From contig JBHPGJ010000005.1 in NCBI GenBank assembly GCA_042570545.1, forward strand, positions 5,529-69,528: a stretch of 64,000 nt of DNA, read 5' to 3'. Below the pieces are notes generated by a model, which was given only the letters and a program-made list of their open reading frames with translations, ran no database searches and was not told where the DNA came from. Positions 29,598-40,252 of this stretch are shown in pieces. Positions within the stretch are counted from its first letter, which is position 1. Every line of letters starts with the position of its first letter. Position numbers and translations under genes: made by a program. The stretch comes from Patescibacteria group bacterium. Its GTDB lineage: Bacteria > Patescibacteriota > Patescibacteriia > JBHPGJ01.

Positions 29598-30684
29598 TTG
29601 TAATTAGGTCATATATTGAGCTGACAGTATTATTCATCTGACCATGTTCGGGTAAATGTATTATTTTGGGCGGATGTTTTTCAGCTATGGATTGTAGTAG
29701 TATTTTTTGCTGGTTAGCTAGTTTGTTAAGTTTACGACTGACAATAATGGGATTGACGAATTGACTCATACGATACCATGACAAGAAATCCCGACGCTCG
29801 TATTCTAAGCATAAGCTCATAACTTGAGCATATGTCTCAGCCGGCATATCTTCATATTTAAATTCTTCAGTATTGATTCTGGCAATGAGAAAAAGGTCAG
29901 TTAATTTTGTCTCACCGACTATTTGGTTGACCGGAAAAGCTTGACGCAATGGTATTCTTACATGACCCTTAGCATCAAGTACTTGTTTTACCTCGCGAGC
30001 ATAATGGGCAATAGTGTTATTACCCTTGGCAAAAGGTGACATGGTTTTTAGAACTAAACTGTTTAAAGCAAATAATGCACGTAATTTTTTTGGTGCCTTT
30101 TTTTTCAGCTCGGGATAATGTTTAAAATTGTAATTGAATAAATTTAACGATTTTGGATAAGCATAGATATTATCCTCATCAATTATTGTCCAATCATCAG
30201 CCAAATAGCCCGCTCCACGCTTTAACATGCCCAAGACCAAGTTACTCTTTCCGGTATGGGCCCAGGCACTAAAGACGACGCCGTGCTGGTTTAGTTTTAC
30301 CGCCGAGGCATGAATGAAAAGTGCTTTCTTAAAAGTTATATAAAATTGCATCAATGGCTCAAGCACCTGAATAAAAAACAGCGGATCAATAGAATGATCG
30401 ACCTGTAATGTTATTTTATCCTTATCGAGATCGTTAAAGGACATTTTTATAAAAGATGAAGCGCTATCCTTTATATAAGTATGTTTGTCTTTAACAGCAA
30501 TAGCAGAACTAATCAAAGTGGCAGTGGGGGGGATTATTAGGCGGGTAAATTCAATATTAATATCAGCTTTATTTTCTGGGTTATGCTCGATCATCAGTGG
30601 TAACTCAGCGGTAAACCAATCACTGACTTTAGTTGGCGGATTTCTCAGTTCAACTCTAATTTTATTATAAATATTAATAATCAT
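29575..30684 (-). CDS. HprK C-terminal-domain-like P-loop protein, paralog with a degenerate Walker A
   Basis: 'FIHASAVKLNQHGVVFSAWAHTGKSNLVLGMLKRGAGYLADDW' parallels the HprK 'HG..v.i.G.GvLi.G.SG.GKSe.AleL...Gh.LvaDD' block. Confidence 0.5.
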   Translation of the reverse strand: MIINIYNKIRVELRNPPTKVSDWFTAELPLMIEHNPENKADINIEFTRLIIPPTATLISSAIAVKDKHTYIKDSASSFIKMSFNDLDKDKITLQVDHSIDPLFFIQVLEPLMQFYITFKKALFIHASAVKLNQHGVVFSAWAHTGKSNLVLGMLKRGAGYLADDWTIIDEDNIYAYPKSLNLFNYNFKHYPELKKKAPKKLRALFALNSLVLKTMSPFAKGNNTIAHYAREVKQVLDAKGHVRIPLRQAFPVNQIVGETKLTDLFLIARINTEEFKYEDMPAETYAQVMSLCLEYERRDFLSWYRMSQFVNPIIVSRKLNKLANQQKILLQSIAEKHPPKIIHLPEHGQMNNTVSSIYDLITNGYEPGF

Positions 30685-30685
30685 T

Positions 30686-31687
30686 TTAAATCAGTTGTTT
30701 GTTTATGGCGGATAGTTTAGCCGGACGATTATAGGCTAATAGTACTTTTTCTGTCGAAGAAAGCAACCGTCTTAATCTTTGCCCCCTGGTATCATTAGTA
30801 ATTGGATTTGACACAATGTTATTTAGATATTTTATAGGCGAGTGATAATGGAATTCCTTGGTTTCTTCGTGCATCTGTTCAATTTTTTCAGCTAAACTTA
30901 CATCATTTATTTTGTTTAGTTCAAAGTTGGGAGATGACTCGACAAAAAATATTTTTTTTATTATTGCTACGTTGGTCAACTCATGTTCGTTTAAATTTAA
31001 ATGATATTTTCCAAATACTTTGTTGCCTGACACCTTACGTCCAATTAGGGTGGCTGTTTCATTTGCAATTCTGACTACTTCAGGAAAGGCATATACTTTG
31101 TCATCCTTATACAATGTAAAATTATCAGCCATTAATTTATAGCCATCATTTAATAATGATAAGGCTAGAGTAGTTTTGCCAGAACCATTAGCACCAGTAA
31201 AGATTAATGCTTCATCATTCTTGGCTACAGTAGCAGCGTGTATGATACTAAAACCATCACGTTCTAATAACCAGAACAGTGGGTAATGCAATAAAAAGCG
31301 TATTATTCTTTGGTACATTTGTAGCTGAAAAGTTTTTCGGTTGATAAGTGAAAGAATTTTGACCATCATTGGCTCATAATACTGCGCTGTTACATCCAGT
31401 TGGTCATCATGATAGTTCATGTTAGCAGTTAGTTTTGTATGGCGATGGGATAATAAGGGGTCATATAATATTGAATTCTTATTTATAATTACGCTGGGAG
31501 AAATATATTTACCGGTGATATTTTTTATTGGGACTGAATAATTTAATACAATATCAGCATGAGAAATGTTTTCAGTGACGAATAATGAATAGTTATTTTT
31601 GATGAAATTTAAAAAATTGTCATCATTAATATTGCATTTAATTTCAAGTCCATGTACTGATAGATTTATTGTTTTTAAATCGGTCAT
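30686..31687 (-). CDS. HprK C-terminal-domain-like P-loop kinase homolog
   Basis: 'IIHAATVAKNDEALIFTGANGSGKTTLALSLLNDGYKLMADNF' matches the HprK Walker-A core. Confidence 0.55.
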   Translation of the reverse strand: MTDLKTINLSVHGLEIKCNINDDNFLNFIKNNYSLFVTENISHADIVLNYSVPIKNITGKYISPSVIINKNSILYDPLLSHRHTKLTANMNYHDDQLDVTAQYYEPMMVKILSLINRKTFQLQMYQRIIRFLLHYPLFWLLERDGFSIIHAATVAKNDEALIFTGANGSGKTTLALSLLNDGYKLMADNFTLYKDDKVYAFPEVVRIANETATLIGRKVSGNKVFGKYHLNLNEHELTNVAIIKKIFFVESSPNFELNKINDVSLAEKIEQMHEETKEFHYHSPIKYLNNIVSNPITNDTRGQRLRRLLSSTEKVLLAYNRPAKLSAINKQLI

Positions 31688-34626
31688 TTACTTATTGACA
31701 CATTACTTATGTAGACTCCAATTCCTCTTTCGCTTTCGCGAGTTATCAGTTCCTCGCCGCTTTGTACCACCTTAAAATTAAGATCATTCCAGCCGGACTT
31801 AATACTTGGTAGAATCAAAGTTACAATCTCTTCTTCGATTGTAATGTTTTTACTCAAAATATTGGTGCCATTAAGATCAATATTTAATTCAGTTAAAGGT
31901 AATAAACCACGCAGAGTAAATTCTAATGTATAATCGTCTGAATTATCCGTTGAATATAAGTAAATGGAAGAGTCGCCTTTTAATTCTCTTTCCGCGATAC
32001 CATTACTGGTATGGCTGATCTTGCGCCATTGGCTTTCTCCAAGAACAGGTAGGGGAGTCGTAAAATCAGTAGCCGTGAATACTAACGAGTAATCACCACC
32101 AGTAATTCTCTTAAGTTTTAATGACCCCCAAGTATTTGCAAATTTTTGCATAAAAGTTATATAAGCCTGACGAAGTTTTGTTGAATCAATAGTTAGTGTT
32201 TGCTGATCAAACAAACTTGCAGCCGACTGAATTGTTTGCTTATAATAATCCTCCGAGTAGAAATCCTGGGCTTGCAACCATAAGTCAGGATTGATACTGC
32301 CAGTTATAAGCTGTTGCCATAAGGGAAAGCCGTAAATTTCCGGCCAATCTGTAAGTCCGGGAATGGCTTCTGATAGTCTTGGAATATTGAAATTATTAAA
32401 ATAATAGGCAGTAGGTGTAATTTCTTTCAATTCTTGACCATGGGGATATTTATCTGTACTTATAAACGAATCATCTATTAATGATAATGATGTCACTTTC
32501 ATGTCATTACTTTTAGAGGGATTACGAGCATTCCTAATATTTATTCTTATGGTGTGTTGGCCAGGCGCCAAATTATCTAAAGGCAAAGAAAGTATATTTA
32601 ACTCAGGCCAAGCATAAAAGGTTCGACCAATAAATTTTTCATCTATTTCATGATATACCAATAGCGGCTCATTGTTACTGGTGGTCATTTGCACTGTAAA
32701 GTCTTTCGTAGTTTCACCGGAATTGTTAATAATAATTTCACCCCCATTATCCAGATTTCTGGCTGAAGTATCTTCCGTTGGCTGACTCCAATTTGATTCA
32801 TTCGCTACAGATATGTAACTTTCTGACGTTCCCTGATATTCTGGTACGCGATAGGCTATTAATTTATCGTCTTCATATTCAGTCGGTAGAGATAATACTT
32901 CAGTAATAAATTTCTTAAGCATAATAAAGTTCTCAGGTAAAATTTCATATGGTCCCTGACCGATATATTCTTTACTTAGAGTAACATATTTAATTTTCCA
33001 TTGTTTGAATATGGTCTTAGATAATTGTCTATAGTCATATGATATAACATCGTTAACGCTTTTACCTACTGGTAGTAAGTATAGAAGTTCTCTGATAATT
33101 GGCGTATTTTTTTGTTGATTATATTTATCGGGAGTTTTTCTGGCAAAGTCCAAACCGCCTATTACATCTTTATGATGGATAGCTTGACGATAGCGCGATT
33201 GAGTTTCATAAGTATAGCTGGTACTGCTGGGTATCTCGATTATAGAATAATCATCTGGCTCTGATAGTAACTGATCATAAAAAGCGGGATATTCTAAAGA
33301 AGTGGTAGGCAATGGTACCACAAAATATTCAACACCAATTATTATGATGAATAAACCGGCAACAGCATTTTTTATTTTGTTACTGTCTATTCGACGAAGT
33401 AAATAACTAATACCAAAAGCAGCAGCAATAGCCAGTGCCAGGTAGGAAATTATATCCAAACGATTGACTGAACGTATATTATTAAAAAAAGGTACCAAGG
33501 TAGGAAATAACAAGTATGGCATCGGGATTTTTGGTGATAATATACCGGAAATATGTAGGAATGGTCCTAATGAAAGTATATAAAATCCGATACCGGTGAA
33601 ACCCCAAAATAATGGTTCTTTATATTTTTTAAATAAAGATATCATTACTAATATAATTAGCCCCAATCCTAAGTAGCCAGAATTTTCGGCCGTATTGCCG
33701 GTGAAGCTAGCTCTAATTCCAGAGAAAGTATCACCGAATATTGCACTTAGTTTTGGTGGCACAATGCTACTTAGGGCATCATTTGAGTAAGCGCTGATTT
33801 GATCTAGGGGTACTTGGAGATAGTTATTATCAGAAAATACTATTTGAAATAGATTGCGATAAGAGTATAAGAAAATAATAACGGCAACAATGGCTATAAT
33901 AATCAACCATTTCTTTATTTGCTTGTTATACAAAATTGAAGGATTACGATAGATATAAAAACTAAGTAGAGGAATTAAAAAAATTATATAGAAAACAGCA
34001 AAATGCGGTTCACCATAAATTAATAAAATGAAAAATATTAGGGTATAAAATAAATATTTTAGCTTTTGATGATGTATAGTTTTTAAAAGAAATAGAGTAG
34101 TGAAGGGGATCCATTGAATGTGGGTAGCCCCAGAAAAACCCATTGACCAGGCCAGATGGGCCGGATTAAAAGCAAAAATAAAACCGGCTAATATAGCTGG
34201 CAATTCAAGCTGGTAGATACGGTTTTTAATTGTATCTTTAAAGGTATTGAGGATGACAAATCTGGTTAATAAATAAGTCCCCAAACCAGCCAGAATAAAA
34301 GACAGTAGCCAGAAAATATTATAGCCAAGCGGTACGTCAAATATGAGTGAAAAATAAGAGTACAACTGATTGGTGCCTAATTTTAATGATCCAATGTCAG
34401 CAAAAAAACCACTCAGTTGTCCCTGGGCCTGGTAGTCAGATATTTTATTTAGTATAATTGCCAGGACGTTATGTACATCACCGGGCTGGCCAGGTACTTT
34501 TTCAGTAGCATCTTTAATTAAGGGGTAAGTAAGTGCCAGAGTAGCAATTATATATAGGGCCAGAACAAATAATATGGTCCCTTTTTTTACCTTTAAATCT
34601 GCTTTCATTCCATAACATACTATCAA
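31684..34626 (-). CDS. Large polytopic membrane protein with a ~500-aa C-terminal extracytoplasmic domain (YfhO/GT-C-like)
   Basis: 980 aa. N-terminal half has at least 12 transmembrane helices, and the C-terminal half is hydrophilic. No catalytic motif could be firmly assigned. Confidence 0.45.
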   Translation of the reverse strand: MIVCYGMKADLKVKKGTILFVLALYIIATLALTYPLIKDATEKVPGQPGDVHNVLAIILNKISDYQAQGQLSGFFADIGSLKLGTNQLYSYFSLIFDVPLGYNIFWLLSFILAGLGTYLLTRFVILNTFKDTIKNRIYQLELPAILAGFIFAFNPAHLAWSMGFSGATHIQWIPFTTLFLLKTIHHQKLKYLFYTLIFFILLIYGEPHFAVFYIIFLIPLLSFYIYRNPSILYNKQIKKWLIIIAIVAVIIFLYSYRNLFQIVFSDNNYLQVPLDQISAYSNDALSSIVPPKLSAIFGDTFSGIRASFTGNTAENSGYLGLGLIILVMISLFKKYKEPLFWGFTGIGFYILSLGPFLHISGILSPKIPMPYLLFPTLVPFFNNIRSVNRLDIISYLALAIAAAFGISYLLRRIDSNKIKNAVAGLFIIIIGVEYFVVPLPTTSLEYPAFYDQLLSEPDDYSIIEIPSSTSYTYETQSRYRQAIHHKDVIGGLDFARKTPDKYNQQKNTPIIRELLYLLPVGKSVNDVISYDYRQLSKTIFKQWKIKYVTLSKEYIGQGPYEILPENFIMLKKFITEVLSLPTEYEDDKLIAYRVPEYQGTSESYISVANESNWSQPTEDTSARNLDNGGEIIINNSGETTKDFTVQMTTSNNEPLLVYHEIDEKFIGRTFYAWPELNILSLPLDNLAPGQHTIRINIRNARNPSKSNDMKVTSLSLIDDSFISTDKYPHGQELKEITPTAYYFNNFNIPRLSEAIPGLTDWPEIYGFPLWQQLITGSINPDLWLQAQDFYSEDYYKQTIQSAASLFDQQTLTIDSTKLRQAYITFMQKFANTWGSLKLKRITGGDYSLVFTATDFTTPLPVLGESQWRKISHTSNGIAERELKGDSSIYLYSTDNSDDYTLEFTLRGLLPLTELNIDLNGTNILSKNITIEEEIVTLILPSIKSGWNDLNFKVVQSGEELITRESERGIGVYISNVSISK

Positions 34627-34717
34627 TTCTATAAGCCAAATACAAGTTGTTTGGGGTTAATTATTGTGGTAGTATTATCTATCACCGCAACTATGATATG
34701 GTTAAATTGAATATCTA

Positions 34718-37321
34718 ATGATAAATTTGCTATCGCCAAATTCCGGTGACAATTTAAATCCGGATATTGGTTTGCCAAGATACAAAAACTGGCGAATCGT
34801 AATCAAGCTCATATCATTTATTGGAATGATAGGGGTGATAGCATTACTGGTTGGGCGATATTTATTGGTTGAAAAATATTTCTGGTTAAGCAGTCTAGAT
34901 GAGATTGTGTTAGTTTTGTTATTTATTGATTTTCTGGTTCTATATTTATCAATGAATTTTAAAACAGCTAAAATCCGATCTATTTTATATTGGTTGCTAA
35001 GTATTCTGTTAATGATGAATTTTGTTTGGGGCATTGCTCAAGTAAATTACCCCCAGGTTGATCTATATTCTTTTAATATCGACCTAAACTATATTTTAAT
35101 TATTGCCGGACTTTTACTAATACCCATAACAAAAACTAAAAAAGCCACTTTTTTTATAGGGTTAATCATTTTTTTATTACTACCCGATACAAGCATTTAC
35201 CCGTTGCTGCTAATTTCTTTACTTGTGTTTTTATTTATACGTGAATTTGTTAAAACAAGTCAAATAACTATACCAAGAGAAGTGATTGTAAGGTTACTTA
35301 TCGGTTTTTTGGGATTACTGTTTCTGATTAATTTAATGAATTTTATTCCGACGAATATTCTGTCCGATGCCATATTGATCATCGATAGTATTTATAAATA
35401 TCATCTTTATATAATTACCCTGATTCTGGCCATAGTACATTTTCATATTTTGCATCGAGTTGAAAATGACAGAATAAAACCATCGATTAGCCAACAGCCT
35501 TCTGGAAAGAAACCATGGCCAATAATTATTGGTTTGGGAGTTGTAACTATAATTTATCTCTTTTTTAGTTTTCAAAGCTGGCGGTTTATTTCAATTGGGG
35601 AGACCAAATGGCTTAATCTAAGAAATGATGAAATAGTTTTAGTTGAGGGTTATGATGATATTTCTCCCGAAGTAGTCAAAGAAACATCTGCCCGCTGTGA
35701 ATCCTATTGGACGGCATACCTTGCAGGAAATATTAAAGCCACTTTTAATAATCCAAATCCTAATGCCTCCCTTTGTTTTTACCACCTGCCTGGTTATCTA
35801 ACTAGAAATGTTACCAGTCTTGATCAATATATTTTAATTGCTCGGGTAACAATTATTGTTCACAACCTTTTAATCTTATATCTCATCTTCTATCTTTTAA
35901 ACCGATTGCTATCGGCGAAACAGGCGCTAATTATAACTGGTTTAATGGGCCTCCAACCACTTTTTATAGGTTATTCTCGGGTATACAATCATGATGCTAT
36001 ACAGGGATTATATGCGGTCAGTTTTATTTTATCTTTACTCTTAGCATTAAAAAGCAAAAGCCGTAAACATCTGGCCTTGGCCGGAGCGATGTTCAGTTTA
36101 GCGCTGTTTACTCAATTCAAAACGCAATATATTGTTCCCTTATTGTTTATTATGCCGATAATAGGCTGGTATCTATGGAACGATAAAAAAATAATTAGTT
36201 TCTTGGCACGTAATCTTTCTTCTTTTTATAAGGCTGCTATCATAATAACTATTATTATAATACCGGCGGTATTAGTATTTCCTAAATTAATTATTGATCG
36301 CTTCTTTTTTTACTACGGTAGCCCGATGGTTCTACTGGCAACTTTTTTCGCCATTATTCTGTTCTTGACTGCTTATTATCGGTTCCATTATATTACGACA
36401 ATTTTTAAATATATTAAGAAGTTAGAAAAGTACTTTGTTAGGATCTTTATTATAGCACTCCTTGGTTTATTCATTACTATTTTATGGCAACAAGATAATA
36501 TATTCAGTAATTATTTATATCAGTATTTTTTACCAAATTTTAGGCCGGCATTATGGACCGCCTCCTCAATATTATTTTATTCTCTGCCGCCAATCGTTTT
36601 ATTGTTTTTAATATTTTGGCTGATTAAATACTATATAAAACCAAAAATTGATTTTTCCTCTCTCTTTGTTATATTATTTTTCCTCAGCTTTATTTTAATT
36701 GCCTTGAATTCTATGGCCACCAGTAATAAGCTGGGCGATGGCTTTGTCGTAGTTGGGTCTAAGTATGTATTTACTATATTACCCTTATTAATTATAGGTT
36801 TAGGTGCGTCAATTACACTAAATAAGATGTCATACAAACGCCTATCGATTATTTTCATTTTTATAATATCTTCGTTAGTTTTCTCTAACCTATCGATAGC
36901 ACCCTTTTATCACGATTATAGTAATTTTTTACTGCCCGATAATCAGATCAATGCGCGCAGTAGCTGGGCGACTGATACAGGAATACTAGCCGATTATATT
37001 AATAGCAATTTTGCTAATGTAGAAGTTTATCATCCCAAGGGTACGTTGGGTTATTTAGTCAGGGAAGATATTAAGGTAATCAGCTGGTCGGATCTTTTTT
37101 GGGAAGAAAATCCTGATTATATTATAGTAACCTGGGACAAAACACATCGCTATGCCAAGATATTTGATTATTACCGGTATAACCTCCAGCCAATTTGGTC
37201 CATTGAACATAATGGCGTAGTGTATGTGGGAATATATAATTTTGATCCGTCAATAGATTATGATCAGCTATTTGAGGAAACTATTGAATTTAATAAATCT
37301 TTGCAAAATTATTTTGATTAA
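34718..37321 (+). CDS. Large polytopic membrane protein, probable GT-C-fold (ArnT/PMT-like) glycosyltransferase
   Basis: 867 aa, extremely hydrophobic, with more than 20 predicted transmembrane helices. It is divergent from the 31684..34626 gene. Confidence 0.45.
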   Translation: MINLLSPNSGDNLNPDIGLPRYKNWRIVIKLISFIGMIGVIALLVGRYLLVEKYFWLSSLDEIVLVLLFIDFLVLYLSMNFKTAKIRSILYWLLSILLMMNFVWGIAQVNYPQVDLYSFNIDLNYILIIAGLLLIPITKTKKATFFIGLIIFLLLPDTSIYPLLLISLLVFLFIREFVKTSQITIPREVIVRLLIGFLGLLFLINLMNFIPTNILSDAILIIDSIYKYHLYIITLILAIVHFHILHRVENDRIKPSISQQPSGKKPWPIIIGLGVVTIIYLFFSFQSWRFISIGETKWLNLRNDEIVLVEGYDDISPEVVKETSARCESYWTAYLAGNIKATFNNPNPNASLCFYHLPGYLTRNVTSLDQYILIARVTIIVHNLLILYLIFYLLNRLLSAKQALIITGLMGLQPLFIGYSRVYNHDAIQGLYAVSFILSLLLALKSKSRKHLALAGAMFSLALFTQFKTQYIVPLLFIMPIIGWYLWNDKKIISFLARNLSSFYKAAIIITIIIIPAVLVFPKLIIDRFFFYYGSPMVLLATFFAIILFLTAYYRFHYITTIFKYIKKLEKYFVRIFIIALLGLFITILWQQDNIFSNYLYQYFLPNFRPALWTASSILFYSLPPIVLLFLIFWLIKYYIKPKIDFSSLFVILFFLSFILIALNSMATSNKLGDGFVVVGSKYVFTILPLLIIGLGASITLNKMSYKRLSIIFIFIISSLVFSNLSIAPFYHDYSNFLLPDNQINARSSWATDTGILADYINSNFANVEVYHPKGTLGYLVREDIKVISWSDLFWEENPDYIIVTWDKTHRYAKIFDYYRYNLQPIWSIEHNGVVYVGIYNFDPSIDYDQLFEETIEFNKSLQNYFD

Positions 37322-37324
37322 TAT

Positions 37325-38614
37325 ATGTTGAGAATTTTTACTAAGGATTTCAAGCAAGGAAAAAATATATTAATTTTTATGTTCTTTAAAGTACTGGGTG
37401 GTGTTTTTGCCGCCTTGCTACCCCTAGCGTTGGCCAAAATACTTGCTCCAGACATAATGGGCTCATTTTCACTGTTTAAGATGATTATTTTTTTCGTCAT
37501 CACGTTTTTTATTGCTCCATTGGCCTATCCGTTTAATATCGAGTCCAATAAAGAATACGCCGCAAGAGGCAAGTCGAATCAGACGTTTACTTCTTTCTTA
37601 ATATACATTGTTTCAACCGTAATTTTGTTTTTTGCTATTTTTGTACTTTTTGGCAAGCAGCTGATCGGCTTTACCGGACTTTCCTATCAAGAATATAAGT
37701 ACATTTTTATTCTAGCCTTCTTAGGACTGGCCCTGTTTCGCATTTTGAATGTATTTTTCTTGGGTCAAAACAAAAAGACAATCCATGCCATTATTGATAC
37801 CGTATATCCTCTGACCCACATAATCTATTTAGTGATTATTTATTATCTTAATATTTTTACCTTAGCCAATGTTCTTCTTGGATATTTTATTGCCGCTGTC
37901 GTGGTCGGTTTAATATCTCTATTTTTCATAGATTATTCTCGAGTGCGACCGCTACAATTTTCTAAAGAAAATTTCAAAGAAATAGGGAGGTTCGGCAGTT
38001 GGGTTATTTTAGGCACAACGGCCGGTTATTTTATCAATTGGGGAGATAATGTTGTGCTAAAGTATTTTGTATCATTATCTGATATTGGTGTGTATAACCT
38101 TGCTTATCAGTTCTTTTTAATGGGCTTAATGCTTCGTTTTTTTATTGGACAATATTATACACCTTTTCTTAGCCAAAAAATTTCCGATAAAGAAAAAATA
38201 ATAAATTATTTCAAGGTAAAAAGGAAGAAAATATTAACCTACTTACTACCCGCTTTTTTAGTTGCTGAATTAGTAATTGGATATGTAATAAGATTGCTTT
38301 TTGATCCTAGTTACTGGGGAGCGATTAATGTTATTAGAATTTTATTGGTGGCAAATATCTTAATGATTATAATCTCATTTCATTTACCAATATTTAATAT
38401 CATTAAAAAATATAAATTAGCTAATATTACTCTAATATTACAACTTACCTTAAACGTGGTATTAAACATTATCCTGGTTCCGTACTGGGGGATTGTGGGG
38501 GCGGCAGTCGCCACTACCGTCGCCTATCTGGTATATGTTATTATAATAGCTATATTATTTAAAAATAAAATTAAACCGGCGCTTAATGATATTTGGATAA
38601 ATAATAAGGAGTAA
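37325..38614 (+). CDS. Wzx-like polysaccharide flippase (MOP superfamily), second copy
   Basis: 'FFKVLGGVFAALLPLALAKILAPDIMGSFSLF' N-terminus and a 12-transmembrane topology. Confidence 0.6.
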   Translation: MLRIFTKDFKQGKNILIFMFFKVLGGVFAALLPLALAKILAPDIMGSFSLFKMIIFFVITFFIAPLAYPFNIESNKEYAARGKSNQTFTSFLIYIVSTVILFFAIFVLFGKQLIGFTGLSYQEYKYIFILAFLGLALFRILNVFFLGQNKKTIHAIIDTVYPLTHIIYLVIIYYLNIFTLANVLLGYFIAAVVVGLISLFFIDYSRVRPLQFSKENFKEIGRFGSWVILGTTAGYFINWGDNVVLKYFVSLSDIGVYNLAYQFFLMGLMLRFFIGQYYTPFLSQKISDKEKIINYFKVKRKKILTYLLPAFLVAELVIGYVIRLLFDPSYWGAINVIRILLVANILMIIISFHLPIFNIIKKYKLANITLILQLTLNVVLNIILVPYWGIVGAAVATTVAYLVYVIIIAILFKNKIKPALNDIWINNKE

Positions 38615-38657
38615 AAAGAAATTATTTAGTAAAGATGAATAAAAGAAACACCATCAT

Positions 38658-39389
38658 ATGAAGTTTATTATTATCGGTATACAAAGGTCAGGCACAATAA
38701 TGCTGACCGCTTTTCTTAATTCACACCCCCAACTGACTTGTTATGCCGAAGAAGGCGCCCAATTCCTGGAAGAACTAAAAGATAATGAGGGTAGTAATTT
38801 AAAATATAACCACATTTTACCTAATACGCCGCTTCAAAATTACAAAATTTTACACCTGATCAGAAAGGATTTATTTGCCCTGTCACTATCAAAAGTTATT
38901 AATAAGCACCAATCAAAATACGGCCGACCAGCACATATATTTAATCGATCAAAAGCCGAAGATTTAGAATTTCCTATTAGTAGTAATTATCCCAAAAGAA
39001 AATTATTATTATCAACATTACCGCAGTCAGCAAAATCAAGGAATAAACAAAAAAGTCCGGTAAAAATTAACCCTTGGGAAATAAGATGGGAAATGCTTAA
39101 AAATTATTATCAGGTTACTCGTTGGAATGAAAAATTGAAGAAGTATGATCCCCTGGTAATCAACTACGAAGATATTACTCAGGGAGGGGAAGTTAATGTA
39201 ATGCCCCAACCAATTGCCGATAATGTCTGCGACTTTTTAGGAGTTAAACATTGTCAATTAACAACATCAATGAAAAAAGTAAACCCAAAAAATTACGAAG
39301 ATTATATCGTCAACTGGAAAAAAATCAGTAAAATTGGCGGCAGCATTACCAAAAAATACCAAAATAAAATTGAATACCTAATCAAATAA
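38658..39389 (+). CDS. Sulfotransferase (Stf0-like family)
   Basis: 5'-PSB P-loop 'IIIGIQRSGTIML' and 3'-PB 'RKDLFALSLS', which fits Stf0 'RRDVLAQAVS'. Confidence 0.7.
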   Translation: MKFIIIGIQRSGTIMLTAFLNSHPQLTCYAEEGAQFLEELKDNEGSNLKYNHILPNTPLQNYKILHLIRKDLFALSLSKVINKHQSKYGRPAHIFNRSKAEDLEFPISSNYPKRKLLLSTLPQSAKSRNKQKSPVKINPWEIRWEMLKNYYQVTRWNEKLKKYDPLVINYEDITQGGEVNVMPQPIADNVCDFLGVKHCQLTTSMKKVNPKNYEDYIVNWKKISKIGGSITKKYQNKIEYLIK

Positions 39390-39394
39390 TAATA

Positions 39395-40213
39395 TCAAAC
39401 TTTTTTTGCTAAGATAAGTCTAGTATCGTTGCAACGGTTTTGATATTGGTGATAAATATTTTTATTTATTTTGGGGTAATAAAGTAAATAATCAACCTGC
39501 TCGATAATTTTGCAGTGATTTTGCAGTATATCAACAATATCGTTCCACTCAATATGATCATCAGGCCAAACGTGAATATCTCCTTCTGCTTGATAGCGCT
39601 TATTAATGAAATTCTTAATAAAAAGACCTTTCACAAAGTTCCAGCTGAATAATTCACCCGATTTCAACGAAGAAGATAATTTTTCCCAAAACGTTTTCTT
39701 GATAAGCTGATAATATTCATTTAATACTGGATTGGGGTGCCAATGATTATTATTGGTTTCGTGGTCGATATATACCAGGCCGTTCTTTTTTGTTACTCGG
39801 ACCATTTCCTCAATGGCTGATAGATAATCTGGTATGTGGTGCAGTACTGAATATGTTGAAACAATATCAAATGAATTATCAGGAAAAGGCAATGTCTGTC
39901 CGTTATAAGGTTTGACTTTCAAATTTGGCGAATTAGATTCTTGGCTCAAAATATTCAATGATTTTTCTGAAACATCACAAGCAGTCACTTGACAACCAAA
40001 ATTGATAAATTTTTTTGTTAAATTCCCCGTACCGGCTCCAAAATCTAATACCTGAATGGATTTTAATTTTGTTCTAGAAATAATATCCTTGATTATATTA
40101 TTCAATCTATGCTGTTCGATATCATTATAAATTTCATCATGTTTTTGATTATACTTACAAGCGATCTTGTCGTGGGTAATACGATTATATTTAATTTGTT
40201 TATTGTCTGTCAT
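39395..40213 (-). CDS. Class I SAM-dependent methyltransferase
   Basis: Motif I 'VLDFGAGTGNLTKKF' and 'CDVSE'. Confidence 0.75.
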   Translation of the reverse strand: MTDNKQIKYNRITHDKIACKYNQKHDEIYNDIEQHRLNNIIKDIISRTKLKSIQVLDFGAGTGNLTKKFINFGCQVTACDVSEKSLNILSQESNSPNLKVKPYNGQTLPFPDNSFDIVSTYSVLHHIPDYLSAIEEMVRVTKKNGLVYIDHETNNNHWHPNPVLNEYYQLIKKTFWEKLSSSLKSGELFSWNFVKGLFIKNFINKRYQAEGDIHVWPDDHIEWNDIVDILQNHCKIIEQVDYLLYYPKINKNIYHQYQNRCNDTRLILAKKV

Positions 40214-40252
40214 TGGTAAAGATAATAAATCGAGCCGAGTTAAATGTTCGGA

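Noticed and set aside
34702-35034. 110-aa minus-strand ORF across the divergent region and 5' end of the 867-aa membrane protein gene
   Set aside because: It overlaps the start of a strongly hydrophobic + strand gene and the likely promoter region, with no recognisable features. It is probably spurious.
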